Source: a candidate division WOR-1 bacterium RIFCSPLOWO2_02_FULL_46_20
GTDB taxonomy: Bacteria > Margulisbacteria > WOR-1 > O2-12-FULL-45-9
Assembly (NCBI GenBank): GCA_001771365.1
Contig: METP01000033.1
Location: forward strand, 11,325-75,324
Direction: 5' to 3'
Length of the DNA: 64,000 bases
Positions 9,563 through 20,140 of the stretch are shown here, piece after piece; within the stretch, counting starts at the first letter, position 1; each line of letters opens with the position of its first letter. A model generated the notes under the pieces. The model worked only from the letters and a program-made list of their open reading frames with translations. It searched no databases and was not told the origin of the DNA. The translations under genes were made by a program, and so were the position numbers.

Positions 9563-10676
9563 CTTTCATTAACCCGGTAAATTCTTTGAAAAGATAAGCT
9601 GCGTCGTGCGGCCCGGGGCCGGCTTCCGGATGATATTGCACGGAAAAAATTGGCAAAGATTTATGCCGCATCCCTTCAACTGTCCGGTCATTTAAATTAA
9701 CATGAGTAATCTCCACTTCTTTATCGGGAATGGAATCAAGATCAACGGCAAACCCGTGATTCTGGGCGGTGATTGCCACTTGCCTGGTCTTTAAATCCAT
9801 TACCGGCTGGTTACCGCCATGGTGACCAAATTTTAATTTGTAAGTTTTGCCGCCAAAAGCTAAGCTCAAAAGCTGGTTCCCCAAACAAATACCAAAGATC
9901 GGCTTCTTCCCTATCAGTTTCTTGATATTATCGATAGCATAGGTAACAGCCGCCGGATCTGCCGGGCCATTGGAGAGAAAAATCCCGTCAGGATTTGTTT
10001 TAAGAATATCTTCGGCCGGATATTGGGCTGGATACACCGTTATCCGACAGCCAACCGACTGCAAATGCCGCAAAATATTAAATTTTATTCCATAATCATA
10101 CGCCGCTACATTGTATTTTGAAGCTTGAGGTTTGAGATTTGAGGTTTGAGCTTTAGCATAATTTGTTTCATTCCAGACGTATGGTTCCTTGCAGGTCACA
10201 ACCTTTACCAAATCTATTCCCTCAACTCCCGGACAAGCTTTGGCCCTGGCAATTAGACTTTTTTTATCAAGATCAATTGTTGAAATAATTCCTTTAAGCG
10301 CACCTTGAGTGCGCAGTTTTTTAGTTAAAGCTCTGGTATCAACCCCTTCGATACCAACAATTCCATTTTCTTTTAAATAGTTGGAGAGGGTTTTTGTTTG
10401 GCGATGGTTGGAGGCAATCGCACTGTTTTCACGAACAATAAAAGCCTCAACCTGAGGGATTGGTGATTCAATATCTTCTTCGTTAACACCGTAATTGCCA
10501 ATAAGAGGATAAGTCATGGTAACAATTTGGCCTTTGTAGGAGGGGTCGGTTAAAATTTCCTGGTAGCCGGTAAGTGCGGTATTAAAAACAATTTCTCCAG
10601 TCTTCTCTCCCGCCGCGCCGAAAGACTGTCCACGGAAAACCGTTCCATCTTCAAGTACTAAATGTGCCTCTATCAT
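9546..10676 (-). CDS. carA: Carbamoyl-phosphate synthase small subunit (glutamine amidotransferase)
   Basis: The N-terminus [42 protein letters not shown] matches CarA. A GATase C-terminal region with GICLGNQLL follows. The gene overlaps carB by 17 nt. Confidence 0.95.
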   Translation of the reverse strand: MIEAHLVLEDGTVFRGQSFGAAGEKTGEIVFNTALTGYQEILTDPSYKGQIVTMTYPLIGNYGVNEEDIESPIPQVEAFIVRENSAIASNHRQTKTLSNYLKENGIVGIEGVDTRALTKKLRTQGALKGIISTIDLDKKSLIARAKACPGVEGIDLVKVVTCKEPYVWNETNYAKAQTSNLKPQASKYNVAAYDYGIKFNILRHLQSVGCRITVYPAQYPAEDILKTNPDGIFLSNGPADPAAVTYAIDNIKKLIGKKPIFGICLGNQLLSLAFGGKTYKLKFGHHGGNQPVMDLKTRQVAITAQNHGFAVDLDSIPDKEVEITHVNLNDRTVEGMRHKSLPIFSVQYHPEAGPGPHDAAYLFKEFTGLMKDAKTN

Positions 10677-10738
10677 AAGTCATGACCTTAGTAAGTATAT
10701 CGGAAAATAAAAGGGCTCGCAAGCGGCGGAGGAGTTTT

Positions 10739-13507
10739 TTACTTAGCCAAATCCTGCAAAACCTTTTTCAGGTCCCCTAACTTCTCGCCATATGTCCCAA
10801 AATCACCTTGTTTTAATTTGCCCTGCGCCTGTTCATAAAGATCGAGCGCTTTTTTGGCCAGTTCTTTTGGATTTAAATATTTTGGCACGTCATCTCGCCT
10901 GGCGGAAGCGGTGCTTACCCTGCCGGAAAAAACAGAAGACAAAGCCGCACTCAATGTTTCCGCCATAACCACTTTGTTGCCATAAGCAGCAATTACTCTC
11001 TTTAATTCCGGCAGCTCCCCAGAAGAAGCCTCCAGATAAATTGGTTCAATATATAGAATGGATTGCTCGATTGGAATAGCTAAAAGATTCCCTCGAATCA
11101 CCCTGGAACCAATCTGCCCCCATAACGTAAACTGCTGGGAAATCTCCGTCTGCTGATCTATCCGCGCTTCAATTTGCTTTGGCCCGTAAACCAATTTTTC
11201 TTTAGGAAACTTATAAACAATCAGCTTGCCATAATTTGGGATATCGGAGCGCGCCGCCAGCCAGGAGACCATATTGTCTTTATCATTAGGGGTAAACGGC
11301 AGCATTAGCAAAAACTCTTCTCTCTTCTCCTCGGGCAGCTTCATAATGATGTAGTAGGCTTCCATAAGTTGCTCACTATTAGCATACATCTCTTTGGGCA
11401 GATTCCATAAGTCTTCCTGATTATAAAAAACCTGGGAATCTTCCATGTGAAAAGTCGCGTACTTGTGGGCCTGGATCATAAAAAGATCGTACGGGTAACG
11501 CAGATGCTTTTTAAGGCCTTCGGGCATATCGGTCAACGGCTTAAACAGGTTCGGATAGATTTTTGCGTAGGTCTGAGCGATGGGATCTTTCTCATCCGCC
11601 ATATAATACGTAACGTCCCCATTGTAGGCGTCAATTACAACTTTCACTGAATTACGGATGTAATTGAAGCGGCCGTATTGGGCATTAAACGGATCTGAAT
11701 AAGGATAAAGATCAGACATAGTATAAGCATCCTGGATCCAATAAAGCTTACCTTCGGAAATAACCACATAAGGGTCGCGATCATAAGTTAAAAATGGCAC
11801 AATCTTTTTAACTCTGGCCTGGATGGAGCGATCAAACATTATCCTGCTGTCGTTGGTGATGTAGTCGGTCAGCAAAATTTTCATATCGGAATATTTCATG
11901 GCAAAAGCCAGTTTTCTTAAGAAAGAAGAAATCTGCACCCCGCCATTGCCCGCGTAAGAAGCATAAACATTGCTATCCCCCTTAGGGTAGTCAAACTCTT
12001 TTTCTTTGGTATTAACGATCACATAATTATTGGTTTCTTCGCCAAAGTAAATCTGAGGCCAGCCGATTTTTAAGTTTGTTTTTGTTTCCGGCGGAATATT
12101 TTTGACTAGCAGATCCGGTAAGCCATCGGGCGTCTGCTCATTGACTGGAGACAAACATAAACCATAACCGTGAGTAAACATTAAATGCTGGTTAATCCAG
12201 GTTTGCGCTTTATCGGGCAATTTATCAACGCGCAGCTCCCGCACAGAAAGCATCACTTGCTGGTATTTCCCGTCAATTTGATAACGATCTATGTCAACAT
12301 CAGAAAAATCATAATAAAGACGAATCCCCTGCAGCTGTCTGTACGTTTTAATTAAAGGCCGCGGATCCCACAATCTAATATTGCCAATGGTTAGCACATT
12401 GCGCTGCACATCTCGCAAGCTTAAATTTTCATCCGCGGCAAAGGCTTTTTCTTCTACCTCGTCCAAACCATAAGCCATCCGGGTATATTTTATGCCATGC
12501 TTTATATAAGGGGCCTCCAACGAAATTTCGCTTGGTTTAACCTGTAAATTCTGCACAATCGCCGGATAAATCCCCCCCATAAATAGGGCTACGACCAAAT
12601 AGGCGCCCAAGCCGGTAAGGGGCAGACGATAGTCTTTTTGGAAAATATTGATAAGAAACAGGCCGGCCAGGATTATCAAAAGCAGTATCTGAAGGTTGTA
12701 AGCCAGAAGTTGCGCCTTGACATCAGTATAACCAGCGCCAAAAACGACCCCACGGGCAGAATATAATATTTCCAGCTGACCCAACCACATACCCCAGGCA
12801 AAAATTACCGCCAGAGCCGCCAAGAGCAAAGCAAGATGAGTTTTAACCCCCTGGCTACAATTCAACTTCAGCCCTGAAAAAGAGATAGCATTACTTGTTA
12901 AATATATCCAAATTACAGCAAAAAGCGGCAGTAAAAAGGCAGAGAAAAGAAAGCCCTGGCCAAATTTATGCAAGGGCAAGCTAAAAACATAGAAACCAAT
13001 ATCCCTGCCAAAAATCGGGTCAACAATGCCAAAGGCAGTAGCATTTAAGGCCTTAAGCACAACTTGCCACTGGGTTACGGCCGAAAGCCCAACGAATATA
13101 GAAATAACAAGAGTGCCAATTCCCCACAACAAATTTAGATTTTTTGCTGAGACCGGTTGCGGAGTAACATTAACCATGCCACTGTCGCTTGCTCCACCAC
13201 CCTGCTCGCCGAACAATTCCCTGATCATTTTCTGGATATTGATTGCGGGTGACGACTCCCTCTTTTCAACTACTAAATCTTTAGTCACTCTACGCGCAAT
13301 AAATATATTGATCGCGGCAATAACGAAAAAGAGCGAGCCAAAAACCAGGCCGGTTAATGCTTGAGCCGACAAGTTGGTCCAAAAGACCGAGGTATAACCA
13401 AGATTATCAAACCAAAGGATGGTCGGGTAAACAGAAATCAAAGCCTGCAAAAGCGGCCAACCAAAAAATGCCAAAAAGATAATTGGGGCAAAGGGAAATT
13501 TGCGCAT
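10739..13507 (-). CDS. UPF0182 family membrane protein
   Basis: The protein is 922 aa with about 7 N-terminal transmembrane helices. The TILWFDNLGYTSVFW motif resembles the WLWF.S.GY..VF signature of UPF0182 proteins, followed by a large soluble domain. Confidence 0.75.
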   Translation of the reverse strand: MRKFPFAPIIFLAFFGWPLLQALISVYPTILWFDNLGYTSVFWTNLSAQALTGLVFGSLFFVIAAINIFIARRVTKDLVVEKRESSPAINIQKMIRELFGEQGGGASDSGMVNVTPQPVSAKNLNLLWGIGTLVISIFVGLSAVTQWQVVLKALNATAFGIVDPIFGRDIGFYVFSLPLHKFGQGFLFSAFLLPLFAVIWIYLTSNAISFSGLKLNCSQGVKTHLALLLAALAVIFAWGMWLGQLEILYSARGVVFGAGYTDVKAQLLAYNLQILLLIILAGLFLINIFQKDYRLPLTGLGAYLVVALFMGGIYPAIVQNLQVKPSEISLEAPYIKHGIKYTRMAYGLDEVEEKAFAADENLSLRDVQRNVLTIGNIRLWDPRPLIKTYRQLQGIRLYYDFSDVDIDRYQIDGKYQQVMLSVRELRVDKLPDKAQTWINQHLMFTHGYGLCLSPVNEQTPDGLPDLLVKNIPPETKTNLKIGWPQIYFGEETNNYVIVNTKEKEFDYPKGDSNVYASYAGNGGVQISSFLRKLAFAMKYSDMKILLTDYITNDSRIMFDRSIQARVKKIVPFLTYDRDPYVVISEGKLYWIQDAYTMSDLYPYSDPFNAQYGRFNYIRNSVKVVIDAYNGDVTYYMADEKDPIAQTYAKIYPNLFKPLTDMPEGLKKHLRYPYDLFMIQAHKYATFHMEDSQVFYNQEDLWNLPKEMYANSEQLMEAYYIIMKLPEEKREEFLLMLPFTPNDKDNMVSWLAARSDIPNYGKLIVYKFPKEKLVYGPKQIEARIDQQTEISQQFTLWGQIGSRVIRGNLLAIPIEQSILYIEPIYLEASSGELPELKRVIAAYGNKVVMAETLSAALSSVFSGRVSTASARRDDVPKYLNPKELAKKALDLYEQAQGKLKQGDFGTYGEKLGDLKKVLQDLAK

Positions 13508-13574
13508 ATGTTAATTTTAACACAAAACTCGGGCTTGCTCAATCTATAAAAGCCATGCTAATATACGCAAAAAT

Positions 13575-14774
13575 ATGTTTACCAATATACACAATATAAT
13601 CCAAATCCCTCTTTTTAACATTCTGTTTCTTGTGACAATTGCCTGGAGCATTGCTGTTTTCCTGGAAAGATTTAGAATCCCTTTGATCATCGGTGAGTTA
13701 ATGGCCGGCATCATTATTGGCCCGGCTGTACTAAAAATAGTTCACCCTACCCCAGAGATTGACCTTTTGGCCAGCCTGGGCATGTTCTTTTTGATATTCT
13801 ATGCCGGCTTGGAAACCGACCCCAAGCATCTGCGCAATACCCTTAAAACGTCTATTTGGGTTGGGACAATGGGGATTATTTTTCCCTTTGCTTTAGGAAC
13901 TTTTACTATATTATATTTTGGCGGTAATTTACCCCAGGCTATTCTTATTGGAGCAGCTGTGTCCGGCACTTCCATGGTCACGAAATTGCGCATCTTAAGC
14001 GACCTAAAACTGGACAATTCAAAACTGGGCTACAACATGATGGGCGCGGCTGTCTTTGATAATATATTAATTTTTTTAATTATCTCTGTTATCATAAAAA
14101 CCTCCCGGCAGGGAACTTTTACTATTTTAGATGGTTTTTATACCTGTCTTGAGGTTTTGTTATTTTTTGCCATTACCTTAACTGTCGGTTATGTTATCTT
14201 CCCAAAATTTTCAAAATATTTTACCACCCGGCGCGGCAAGGGTTTTACTTTTGCTTTGCTCATGGGTTTTCTTTTTGCCATCCTGGCCGAATCTATCCAC
14301 CTACCTTTTATCTTAGGTACTTATATCGCGGGATTATTTGTGCGCGAAGAAATAATGAGCCATTCATTGTTTCAGAAAATGCGGGATCGCTTTATGGCTA
14401 TCTCCCATGGTTTTCTCGGACCAATATTTATCATGAGCATTGCCCTGAAAACAGATTTATCTGTTATTGCTGATAATCCGCGCTTTATCCTGGCACTTTT
14501 CCTGGCTGCCTTTGTCGGCAAACTACTGGGCGTTTATCTGGGCGCAATCTTTGCCGGTAATTCCAAAACAGACTCCTTGATTATGGGCTTTGCCATGAAT
14601 GGCCGGGGGGAAATCGAATTGATCATTGCCTTAATTGGTTTGCAGCTGGGCATTATTACCAGAAGCGACCTGTCTGTCTTAGTGATGGTGGCTTTTGCTA
14701 CAACTTTTAGCGCCCCGTTTATTCTTAATCATATTAAAAACGGAGCCAAACTAACTCTGGCCAAAGAAGACTAA
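13575..14774 (+). CDS. Cation:proton antiporter (CPA2 / Kef-NapA type)
   Basis: A polytopic membrane protein of 399 aa with a typical Na_H_Exchanger helix pattern (…GELMAGIIIGP…, …MNGRGEIELII…). Confidence 0.8.
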   Translation: MFTNIHNIIQIPLFNILFLVTIAWSIAVFLERFRIPLIIGELMAGIIIGPAVLKIVHPTPEIDLLASLGMFFLIFYAGLETDPKHLRNTLKTSIWVGTMGIIFPFALGTFTILYFGGNLPQAILIGAAVSGTSMVTKLRILSDLKLDNSKLGYNMMGAAVFDNILIFLIISVIIKTSRQGTFTILDGFYTCLEVLLFFAITLTVGYVIFPKFSKYFTTRRGKGFTFALLMGFLFAILAESIHLPFILGTYIAGLFVREEIMSHSLFQKMRDRFMAISHGFLGPIFIMSIALKTDLSVIADNPRFILALFLAAFVGKLLGVYLGAIFAGNSKTDSLIMGFAMNGRGEIELIIALIGLQLGIITRSDLSVLVMVAFATTFSAPFILNHIKNGAKLTLAKED

Positions 14775-14776
14775 AC

Positions 14777-15802
14777 TTAAAGCGTATTGATATCCCTGAT
14801 CAAACCCATTAATTGATTATAGCTTTGGCGGTCGAATTTAAAACAAATTCTGGGGAGATCAAGCCACTTCTTGCTTCTAACTTCGGCCGGTAATGGCCCG
14901 CAGGGTTGCAGCTCGCCTGCCATAATATCCCGGTATTTCCTGCTTAATTTTTTTAGTTCTTGCGGCGCAATTTTTTTATTAAGACGAATAACAGTCGCTT
15001 CACGGCCATAACAAATAGAGTGGTAATTCTTGTAAAAACCGGTTATTTCCTTGACTGCGGCTTTAGGTGTCCTAACAATCCGGAACAAATTAAGGTCCGC
15101 GGGTTGCAAATATTTATACCGGATCAGTTCCTTTTTCAAAAAGCCCAGCCAGTTTTTCCAGTAATTGCTCCAGGGCGGGTCAACCATAACCACAGGCCTG
15201 GGCAGGGTTTTTCCCGTCTGCAAAAGGGTTAAGACTTCAAAGCTCTCATCATGCGTGCCAAAGCCTCCGGGAAACAAGATCGTGGCATCGGATTCTTTAA
15301 TAAAAGCCAGTTTTCTAGTAAAAAAGTATTTCACATTGATCAGTTTTTCACCGCAGCTCACATAGGGATTGGGTTTCATTTCCAGCGGCAATTTAATCTT
15401 GACGGCAAAACCTTTACTGCCTGCCCCGCGATTACCCGCCTCCATAATACCCCCGCCCCCGCCGGTGATCACCATATAACCTTTTTTGGTGATCTCCTCG
15501 GCAAACTGCTGCGCCAGCTTATACTCACGGCTCTTTTCGGGAGTACGGTGCGAACCAAACATCACCACTTTATGCGCATTGCGGTACGGCTTAAAAATCC
15601 TGAAAATATGCCGGAGTTCTTTGAGTGTGGTATTGGCCTGATAAAGGTCATGGTCATCGGCCCTGTCTAAATGAAGCTTGATTACCGTGGTAAAGAGATC
15701 ATGAATATGGCTGCGGCTTTCGGGCGTACTGTATTCTCTGGCCAGCTGGTCAACCAGCTGATCTATTTTTGGATTTCCTGTCTGATAATTCTTATCCCTC
15801 AT
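14777..15802 (-). CDS. LOG-family (TIGR00730-type Rossmann fold) protein, PpnN/YgdH-like, with an N-terminal extension
   Basis: The MVITGGGGGIMEAGNRGA and ILFPGGFGTHDE(S)FE motifs match the LOG-family GGGxGxMG and PGGxGTxxE signatures. Confidence 0.75.
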   Translation of the reverse strand: MRDKNYQTGNPKIDQLVDQLAREYSTPESRSHIHDLFTTVIKLHLDRADDHDLYQANTTLKELRHIFRIFKPYRNAHKVVMFGSHRTPEKSREYKLAQQFAEEITKKGYMVITGGGGGIMEAGNRGAGSKGFAVKIKLPLEMKPNPYVSCGEKLINVKYFFTRKLAFIKESDATILFPGGFGTHDESFEVLTLLQTGKTLPRPVVMVDPPWSNYWKNWLGFLKKELIRYKYLQPADLNLFRIVRTPKAAVKEITGFYKNYHSICYGREATVIRLNKKIAPQELKKLSRKYRDIMAGELQPCGPLPAEVRSKKWLDLPRICFKFDRQSYNQLMGLIRDINTL

Positions 15803-16583
15803 TGATAATTTCTACCCCCTTATCCACCGTCTCAACCAAAAACAATTTCGAATAATTCTCTTTAATTTTATCATAAATATTTTCCGCGTCATACTTATGC
15901 CTAACTACTCCAAAAACAGACGGGCCGGAACCTGACATCTGGGCTTCGGAACAGCCAAGAGAAACAAGCTTATCTTTTATTTCCGTAATAACTTCATGTC
16001 GCGAGACAACGACAGGCTCAAGATCGTTTTTGATGGCCGGGGAAACTTCCAAATGCATACGATCAAATTCTTCATAGGCCCATTTGGTGGCCACCCGCAC
16101 ATCCGGACAAACTAAAACAAAGTAGCTCTTTGGCCAAGGCTCCTGTTTTTCAACAACTTCTCCACGACCGGTAACCAAACACGTTCCGCCGGTTAAACAA
16201 AACGGCACATCTGATCCAATCTGCGCCCCGATCTTCATTAATTCGGTATTCGGCATTCGGCATTCGGCATTCAGTCCGTACAGGACTGCAGCCGCATCCG
16301 CAGACCCTCCGGCTAAACCTGCGGCCATGGGAATGTGTTTTTCAATGTGGATTTTTACCCCGCCCCCAAGCAGCTCCGCCGCCCGATAAACCAAATTCTC
16401 CCTACCCAAAGGAATATACGGATCACTACAAGTTACTTCAATGCCGGAAGCTATAGGGGTTAAGGTTATGTAGTCACACAACGAGATAGATTGCATCACC
16501 GACTCAATCGCGTGAAAACCATCCGAGCGCGGTTCAAATACCCGGAGAGAAAAATTAATCTTCGCGTGGGCCTTAAGCCGCAT
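15792..16583 (-). CDS. ispE: 4-diphosphocytidyl-2-C-methyl-D-erythritol kinase
   Basis: MRLKAHAKINFSLRVFEPRSDGFHAIESVMQ matches the IspE N-terminus. The GHMP kinase motif PMAAGLAGGSADAAA is present. Confidence 0.85.
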   Translation of the reverse strand: MRLKAHAKINFSLRVFEPRSDGFHAIESVMQSISLCDYITLTPIASGIEVTCSDPYIPLGRENLVYRAAELLGGGVKIHIEKHIPMAAGLAGGSADAAAVLYGLNAECRMPNTELMKIGAQIGSDVPFCLTGGTCLVTGRGEVVEKQEPWPKSYFVLVCPDVRVATKWAYEEFDRMHLEVSPAIKNDLEPVVVSRHEVITEIKDKLVSLGCSEAQMSGSGPSVFGVVRHKYDAENIYDKIKENYSKLFLVETVDKGVEIINEG

Positions 16584-16833
16584 TAAATCTTTTAACTAAA
16601 CGCGACTTCTTTCGAGCAGCTTTATTCTTATGAATAATACCGCGCTGGGCAGTCTTATCCACCAGAGAGATCGCCCGCATAACTAATTCTTTAACTTCAG
16701 CAGATTTGCCGGCAATAGCCCGATCGGCCAATTTAAACGCTTTTTTGAGCGCTTGCTTTGCCTCCACATTTCTGGCTTGTCTTTTCTTAGCAGTCCTGGC
16801 CCGTTTTCTGCCTGATTTTGATTTTTGTGCCAT
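16573..16833 (-). CDS. rpsT: 30S ribosomal protein S20
   Basis: MAQKSKSGRKRARTAKKRQARNVEAKQALKK… is the basic S20 signature. The start was moved to this Met, which lies behind a GGGGGG Shine-Dalgarno. The upstream in-frame ORF extension is not conserved. Confidence 0.85.
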   Translation of the reverse strand: MAQKSKSGRKRARTAKKRQARNVEAKQALKKAFKLADRAIAGKSAEVKELVMRAISLVDKTAQRGIIHKNKAARKKSRLVKRFNAA

Positions 16834-16925
16834 GCTTACCCCCCCTTGAACTTGACCTTGAACCATATAAAATATCAGTTCAGGGTTGACATAGTACCAC
16901 AATTTACATTATCATATCAAGCACT

Positions 16926-17807
16926 TTGAGTATCCACGATTGGTTTAAGCGGAAAAAAGAGACACAATATCCCGCCTATGCCCGCGAAAGACTCGATATC
17001 CCCGGCAACTTATGGGTCAAGTGCTATAAGTGTAATGAGGCTATCTTCGCGCGGGACCTGGAGGCCAATCTTAAGGTTTGCCCTAAATGCAACTATCATT
17101 TCAAGCTCTCCTCGGCTGAGAGGATCGAGCAAATACTTGACGCAAAAAGTTTTAAGGTTATTAACTCCCATATTAAATCCACAGATTTTCTAAATTTTGT
17201 GGATTCCAAATCGTACACTCAGAGGATCGAAAGCACCCTGCTAAAATCCGCTCTCTCTGATGCCATTAACACCGGAACCGGCAAAATCGAGGGGTACGAT
17301 GTTGCGATCGGCGCAATGGACTTTTCTTTTATGGGTGGCAGCATGGGCTCAGTTGTCGGAGAAAAAATCGCCCGCCTTATCGAATTAGCCATAGAAAAAA
17401 AGTTCCCCGTAATTATTTTTTCTTCCTCCGGCGGAGCGCGCATGCAGGAAGGGATCATGAGCCTGATGCAGATGGCCAAAACGTCTGCCGCCCTGGGCAG
17501 ACTGCGTGAGAACAGGCTGCCATATATTTCGGTTTTGACCGACCCAACCACCGGAGGGACTTCGGCCAGCTACGCTATGCTTGGGGATATTAATATTGCC
17601 GAACCCGGAGCCTTGATCTGCTTTGCCGGACCAAGGGTAATTGAACAAACTATCCGGCAAAAACTGCCGCCAGGTTTTCAACGTTCTGAATATTTACTGG
17701 AACACGGCATGCTTGATCTTGTTTGTCAAAGGGATAAAATGAAAGAGACCCTGACAAAACTATTAAAGTGGTTTTCCCGACAGGAAGTCGGGATCCCGAA
17801 GCAATAG
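16926..17807 (+). CDS. accD: Acetyl-CoA carboxylase carboxyltransferase subunit beta
   Basis: Carries the N-terminal zinc ribbon CYKCNEAIFARDLEANLKVCPKCNYH, followed by a carboxyltransferase domain. Confidence 0.9.
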   Translation: MSIHDWFKRKKETQYPAYARERLDIPGNLWVKCYKCNEAIFARDLEANLKVCPKCNYHFKLSSAERIEQILDAKSFKVINSHIKSTDFLNFVDSKSYTQRIESTLLKSALSDAINTGTGKIEGYDVAIGAMDFSFMGGSMGSVVGEKIARLIELAIEKKFPVIIFSSSGGARMQEGIMSLMQMAKTSAALGRLRENRLPYISVLTDPTTGGTSASYAMLGDINIAEPGALICFAGPRVIEQTIRQKLPPGFQRSEYLLEHGMLDLVCQRDKMKETLTKLLKWFSRQEVGIPKQ

Positions 17808-17832
17808 ATATAATTATGGTAATCGGGAAACA

Positions 17833-18813
17833 ATGAACAAACAAAACAACAATAATAAAAGAACTCTGTTCGAGTTTGAAAAACCATTGCTTGAGCTTTA
17901 CGATAAGCTGGATGAGCTTGGCGCTGTCGCCGCCTCAAGTGAAATGAACATGAGTGAAGAGATCAGGCTAATGGAAAAGAGGATCGAGAGCGTGCGTCGG
18001 GATATTTTTGCCAAACTCTCTCCCATCCAAATCGTTCAGGTTGCCCGACACATGCAAAGGCCCACCACTCTGGATTATGTAAATTATATTTTTGATGATT
18101 TTGTTGAGCTCCATGGAGATCGCAATTTTTCTGATGATCCGGCTATGGTGGCCGGATTGGCAGAATTAAACGGCCGGCCTATTGTTATAATTGGACAGCA
18201 AAAAGGCAAAAACACTAAAGACAACATCACCAGGAATTTTGGCATGGCCAATCCCGAAGGTTACCGCAAAGCTTTGCGTGTCATGCGCATTGCTGAAAGA
18301 TACGAAAGACCGATCGTTTCATTTATAGACACACCAGGTGCTTACCCCGGCATCGGGGCTGAGGAACGCGGCCAGGCTGAGGCCATTGCCAAAAATTTAA
18401 GGGAAATGTCGGAACTGACTGTTCCCTTTGTTTCTATTGTTACGGGTGAAGGGGGCTCCGGCGGAGCTTTGGGCATTGGCATGGGCAATCGGGTTTTAAT
18501 GCTTGAATTCTCAATCTATTCTGTAATTTCTCCTGAGGGCTGCGCTTCTATTTTATTCCGCGATGCCAAACGCGCCAATGACGCAGCCATAGCCATGAAA
18601 ATTACTGCGCCGGATTTATTAAAACTCGAGGTTATAGACGAGATTATAAGAGAACCGGCCGGCGGCGCCCATAACAGCGCTGAAAAAGCCGCCTCTTTTA
18701 TAAAATTTGCTATAATAAAGAATCTGGAGCCATTGCTTTTGCTTTCCCATCGCGAGCTTATCGCTGATCGTTATAATAAGTTCAGGAAGATGGGAATATT
18801 TAAGGAAGAATAA
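17833..18813 (+). CDS. accA: Acetyl-CoA carboxylase carboxyltransferase subunit alpha
   Basis: FEFEKPLLELYDKLDEL…LSPIQIVQVARHMQRPTTLDY is the AccA N-terminus. Its position directly after accD supports the call. Confidence 0.9.
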   Translation: MNKQNNNNKRTLFEFEKPLLELYDKLDELGAVAASSEMNMSEEIRLMEKRIESVRRDIFAKLSPIQIVQVARHMQRPTTLDYVNYIFDDFVELHGDRNFSDDPAMVAGLAELNGRPIVIIGQQKGKNTKDNITRNFGMANPEGYRKALRVMRIAERYERPIVSFIDTPGAYPGIGAEERGQAEAIAKNLREMSELTVPFVSIVTGEGGSGGALGIGMGNRVLMLEFSIYSVISPEGCASILFRDAKRANDAAIAMKITAPDLLKLEVIDEIIREPAGGAHNSAEKAASFIKFAIIKNLEPLLLLSHRELIADRYNKFRKMGIFKEE

Positions 18814-18883
18814 TCTTCTGTGTCAAGCCAAAATAGGCGCACCTTGAACAATCTTTAAATTCGTGAGAAAATTCATTGTCCTT

Positions 18884-18968
18884 GCCGCTGTGGCGGAACT
18901 GGCAGACGCGCTTGACTCAAAATCAGGTTGGGTTTACCCCAGTGTCGGTTCAACTCCGACCAGCGGCA
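18884..18968 (+). tRNA. tRNA-Leu (anticodon CAA), type II with a long variable arm; CCA not encoded
   Basis: Manual fold: acceptor GCCGCTG/CAGCGGC, anticodon stem CTTGA/TCAGG with loop CTCAAAA, variable arm TTGGGTTTACCCCAGT, T arm GTCGG-TTCAACT-CCGAC. Confidence 0.8.
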
Positions 18969-18982
18969 TTAAAAAATCTCGT

Positions 18983-19066
18983 GCCCAGGTGGCGGAACTG
19001 GCAGACGCGCTAGCTTCAGGAGCTAGTGGGGTCAAACCCGTGGAGGTTCAAATCCTCTCCTGGGCA
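18983..19066 (+). tRNA. tRNA-Leu (anticodon CAG), type II; CCA not encoded
   Basis: Manual fold: acceptor GCCCAGG/CCTGGGC, anticodon stem CTAGC/GCTAG with loop TTCAGGA, T arm GGAGG-TTCAAAT-CCTCT. Confidence 0.8.
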
Positions 19067-19176
19067 TTTGAATTTTACCGCAAACCATTCCGTGCCGCGC
19101 TGGCCCTTCTGATTATACTCAACCCTCCCCAGCGGGCGCGTACCTTCAGCCCCCACTCAAATAATTGCGCCCGCTC
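19067..19176. repeat. Direct repeat copy 1 (92 nt identical to 23170-23261, about 110 nt similar), immediately 3' of tRNA-Leu(CAG); left boundary of the R-M island
   Basis: Read directly from the sequence. tttgaattttaccgcaaaccattccgtgccgcgctggcccttctgattatactcaaccctccccagcgggcgcgtaccttcagcccccactc is identical in both copies. The following roughly 20 nt are related. Confidence 0.9.
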
Positions 19177-19217
19177 TTACCGAGTGCATTTGCCTATTAC
19201 CAAAATTTGAGGTATTA

Positions 19218-20138
19218 TTGAAATTAGGTGCCAGCATACAAATGAACGCTGAACAAGAAAATAAAGAATCAACAACCCCTCTCGCTAAATATCTACAAAG
19301 CAATGATGTTTTGCTGATGTTATATCCCAAAGACGAAAATGGATATTTTTCAGAAAGCATACAACAAAAAGATGAGATCTCAATCTATAAACTCATCAAG
19401 GATAAAAAGGAATACAAAGAAACCCTACTGATTTTTCTAAACACAAGTGGCGGGAATGTTTATTCCGCAGTAAAAATAATGGATTCTTTGAGAACAAAAT
19501 ACAAAAAGATTACAATCGCTATTCCGCAAGAAGCAAAAAGCTCCGGAACGATGATGTGCTGTGGTGCTAACAAACTCATTCTGAGCCCGATCTCAGAATT
19601 AGGGCCACTTGATAAACCGATGGTGCATCCTGACAAAGAAACGGCCAGGATATCCGCACTAGATATTGTTAAATCCATAGATGGGATGTTAGATACAGCA
19701 GAGGAAAGACAAAAGATGTTGGCAAGAGGGTTTAATGAGGAATTCGGGGTGCCAATCGAAAAAAGCCTTGTTCTTGCCAGCGAATCGACTTCAAAGCTTA
19801 TTTCTCCGATGCTATGCAGGGAAGATGTTAAATTTTATAATCAAGCGAAGCGCTTACTCGCGATAGCAGAAAAATATGGCACTGAATTATTAATAAACTA
19901 TATGCTCAAATATATTGACAAAGACAAGCTAAGGGAAAAAATCGCCTCAATGATAATTAGACGACTAGTGTGGCTATATCCTGATCATGGGTTTGCTATC
20001 AGACGCAACGAATTAAAAGAGTGGTTTTTTACTATCGAGGATTCAGAAAATATGGAATGTTGGGATGAATTGTGGAAAGAATTTGAAAAGAGCATTGAAA
20101 ATGGTGGCCGCAAATTGATCAAATTTATGGGCGCATAA
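19218..20138 (+). CDS. Clp/crotonase-fold serine peptidase-like protein (SDH / S49-like), island cargo
   Basis: LIFLNTSGGNVYSAVKIMDSLRTKYKKITIAIPQEAKSSGTMMCCGANKLIL parallels the ClpP INSPGG…A.SMGA pattern, with candidate Ser in KSSGT and His in MVHPD. A TTG start sits behind a GAGG site, with an alternative ATG at 19242. The gene is AT-rich. Confidence 0.45.
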   Translation: MKLGASIQMNAEQENKESTTPLAKYLQSNDVLLMLYPKDENGYFSESIQQKDEISIYKLIKDKKEYKETLLIFLNTSGGNVYSAVKIMDSLRTKYKKITIAIPQEAKSSGTMMCCGANKLILSPISELGPLDKPMVHPDKETARISALDIVKSIDGMLDTAEERQKMLARGFNEEFGVPIEKSLVLASESTSKLISPMLCREDVKFYNQAKRLLAIAEKYGTELLINYMLKYIDKDKLREKIASMIIRRLVWLYPDHGFAIRRNELKEWFFTIEDSENMECWDELWKEFEKSIENGGRKLIKFMGA

Positions 20139-20140
20139 TC

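Noticed and set aside
10110-10150. Short tandem repeat gaggtttgag ×2.5 inside carA
   Set aside because: It is in-frame coding sequence of a highly conserved gene. It is too short to be mechanistically meaningful.
10677-10738. Possible hairpin or terminator between the UPF0182 gene and carA
   Set aside because: I could not draw a convincing GC stem followed by a U-tract on the transcribed (minus) strand.
16241-16270. Short tandem repeat attcggc ×3 inside ispE
   Set aside because: It is in-frame coding sequence of a highly conserved gene. It is too short to be mechanistically meaningful.
16834-16902. N-terminal extension of rpsT (MWYYVNPELIFYMVQGQVQGGVS)
   Set aside because: S20 starts at MAQKSKS, which has a GGGGGG Shine-Dalgarno. 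The upstream in-frame sequence is not S20-like.
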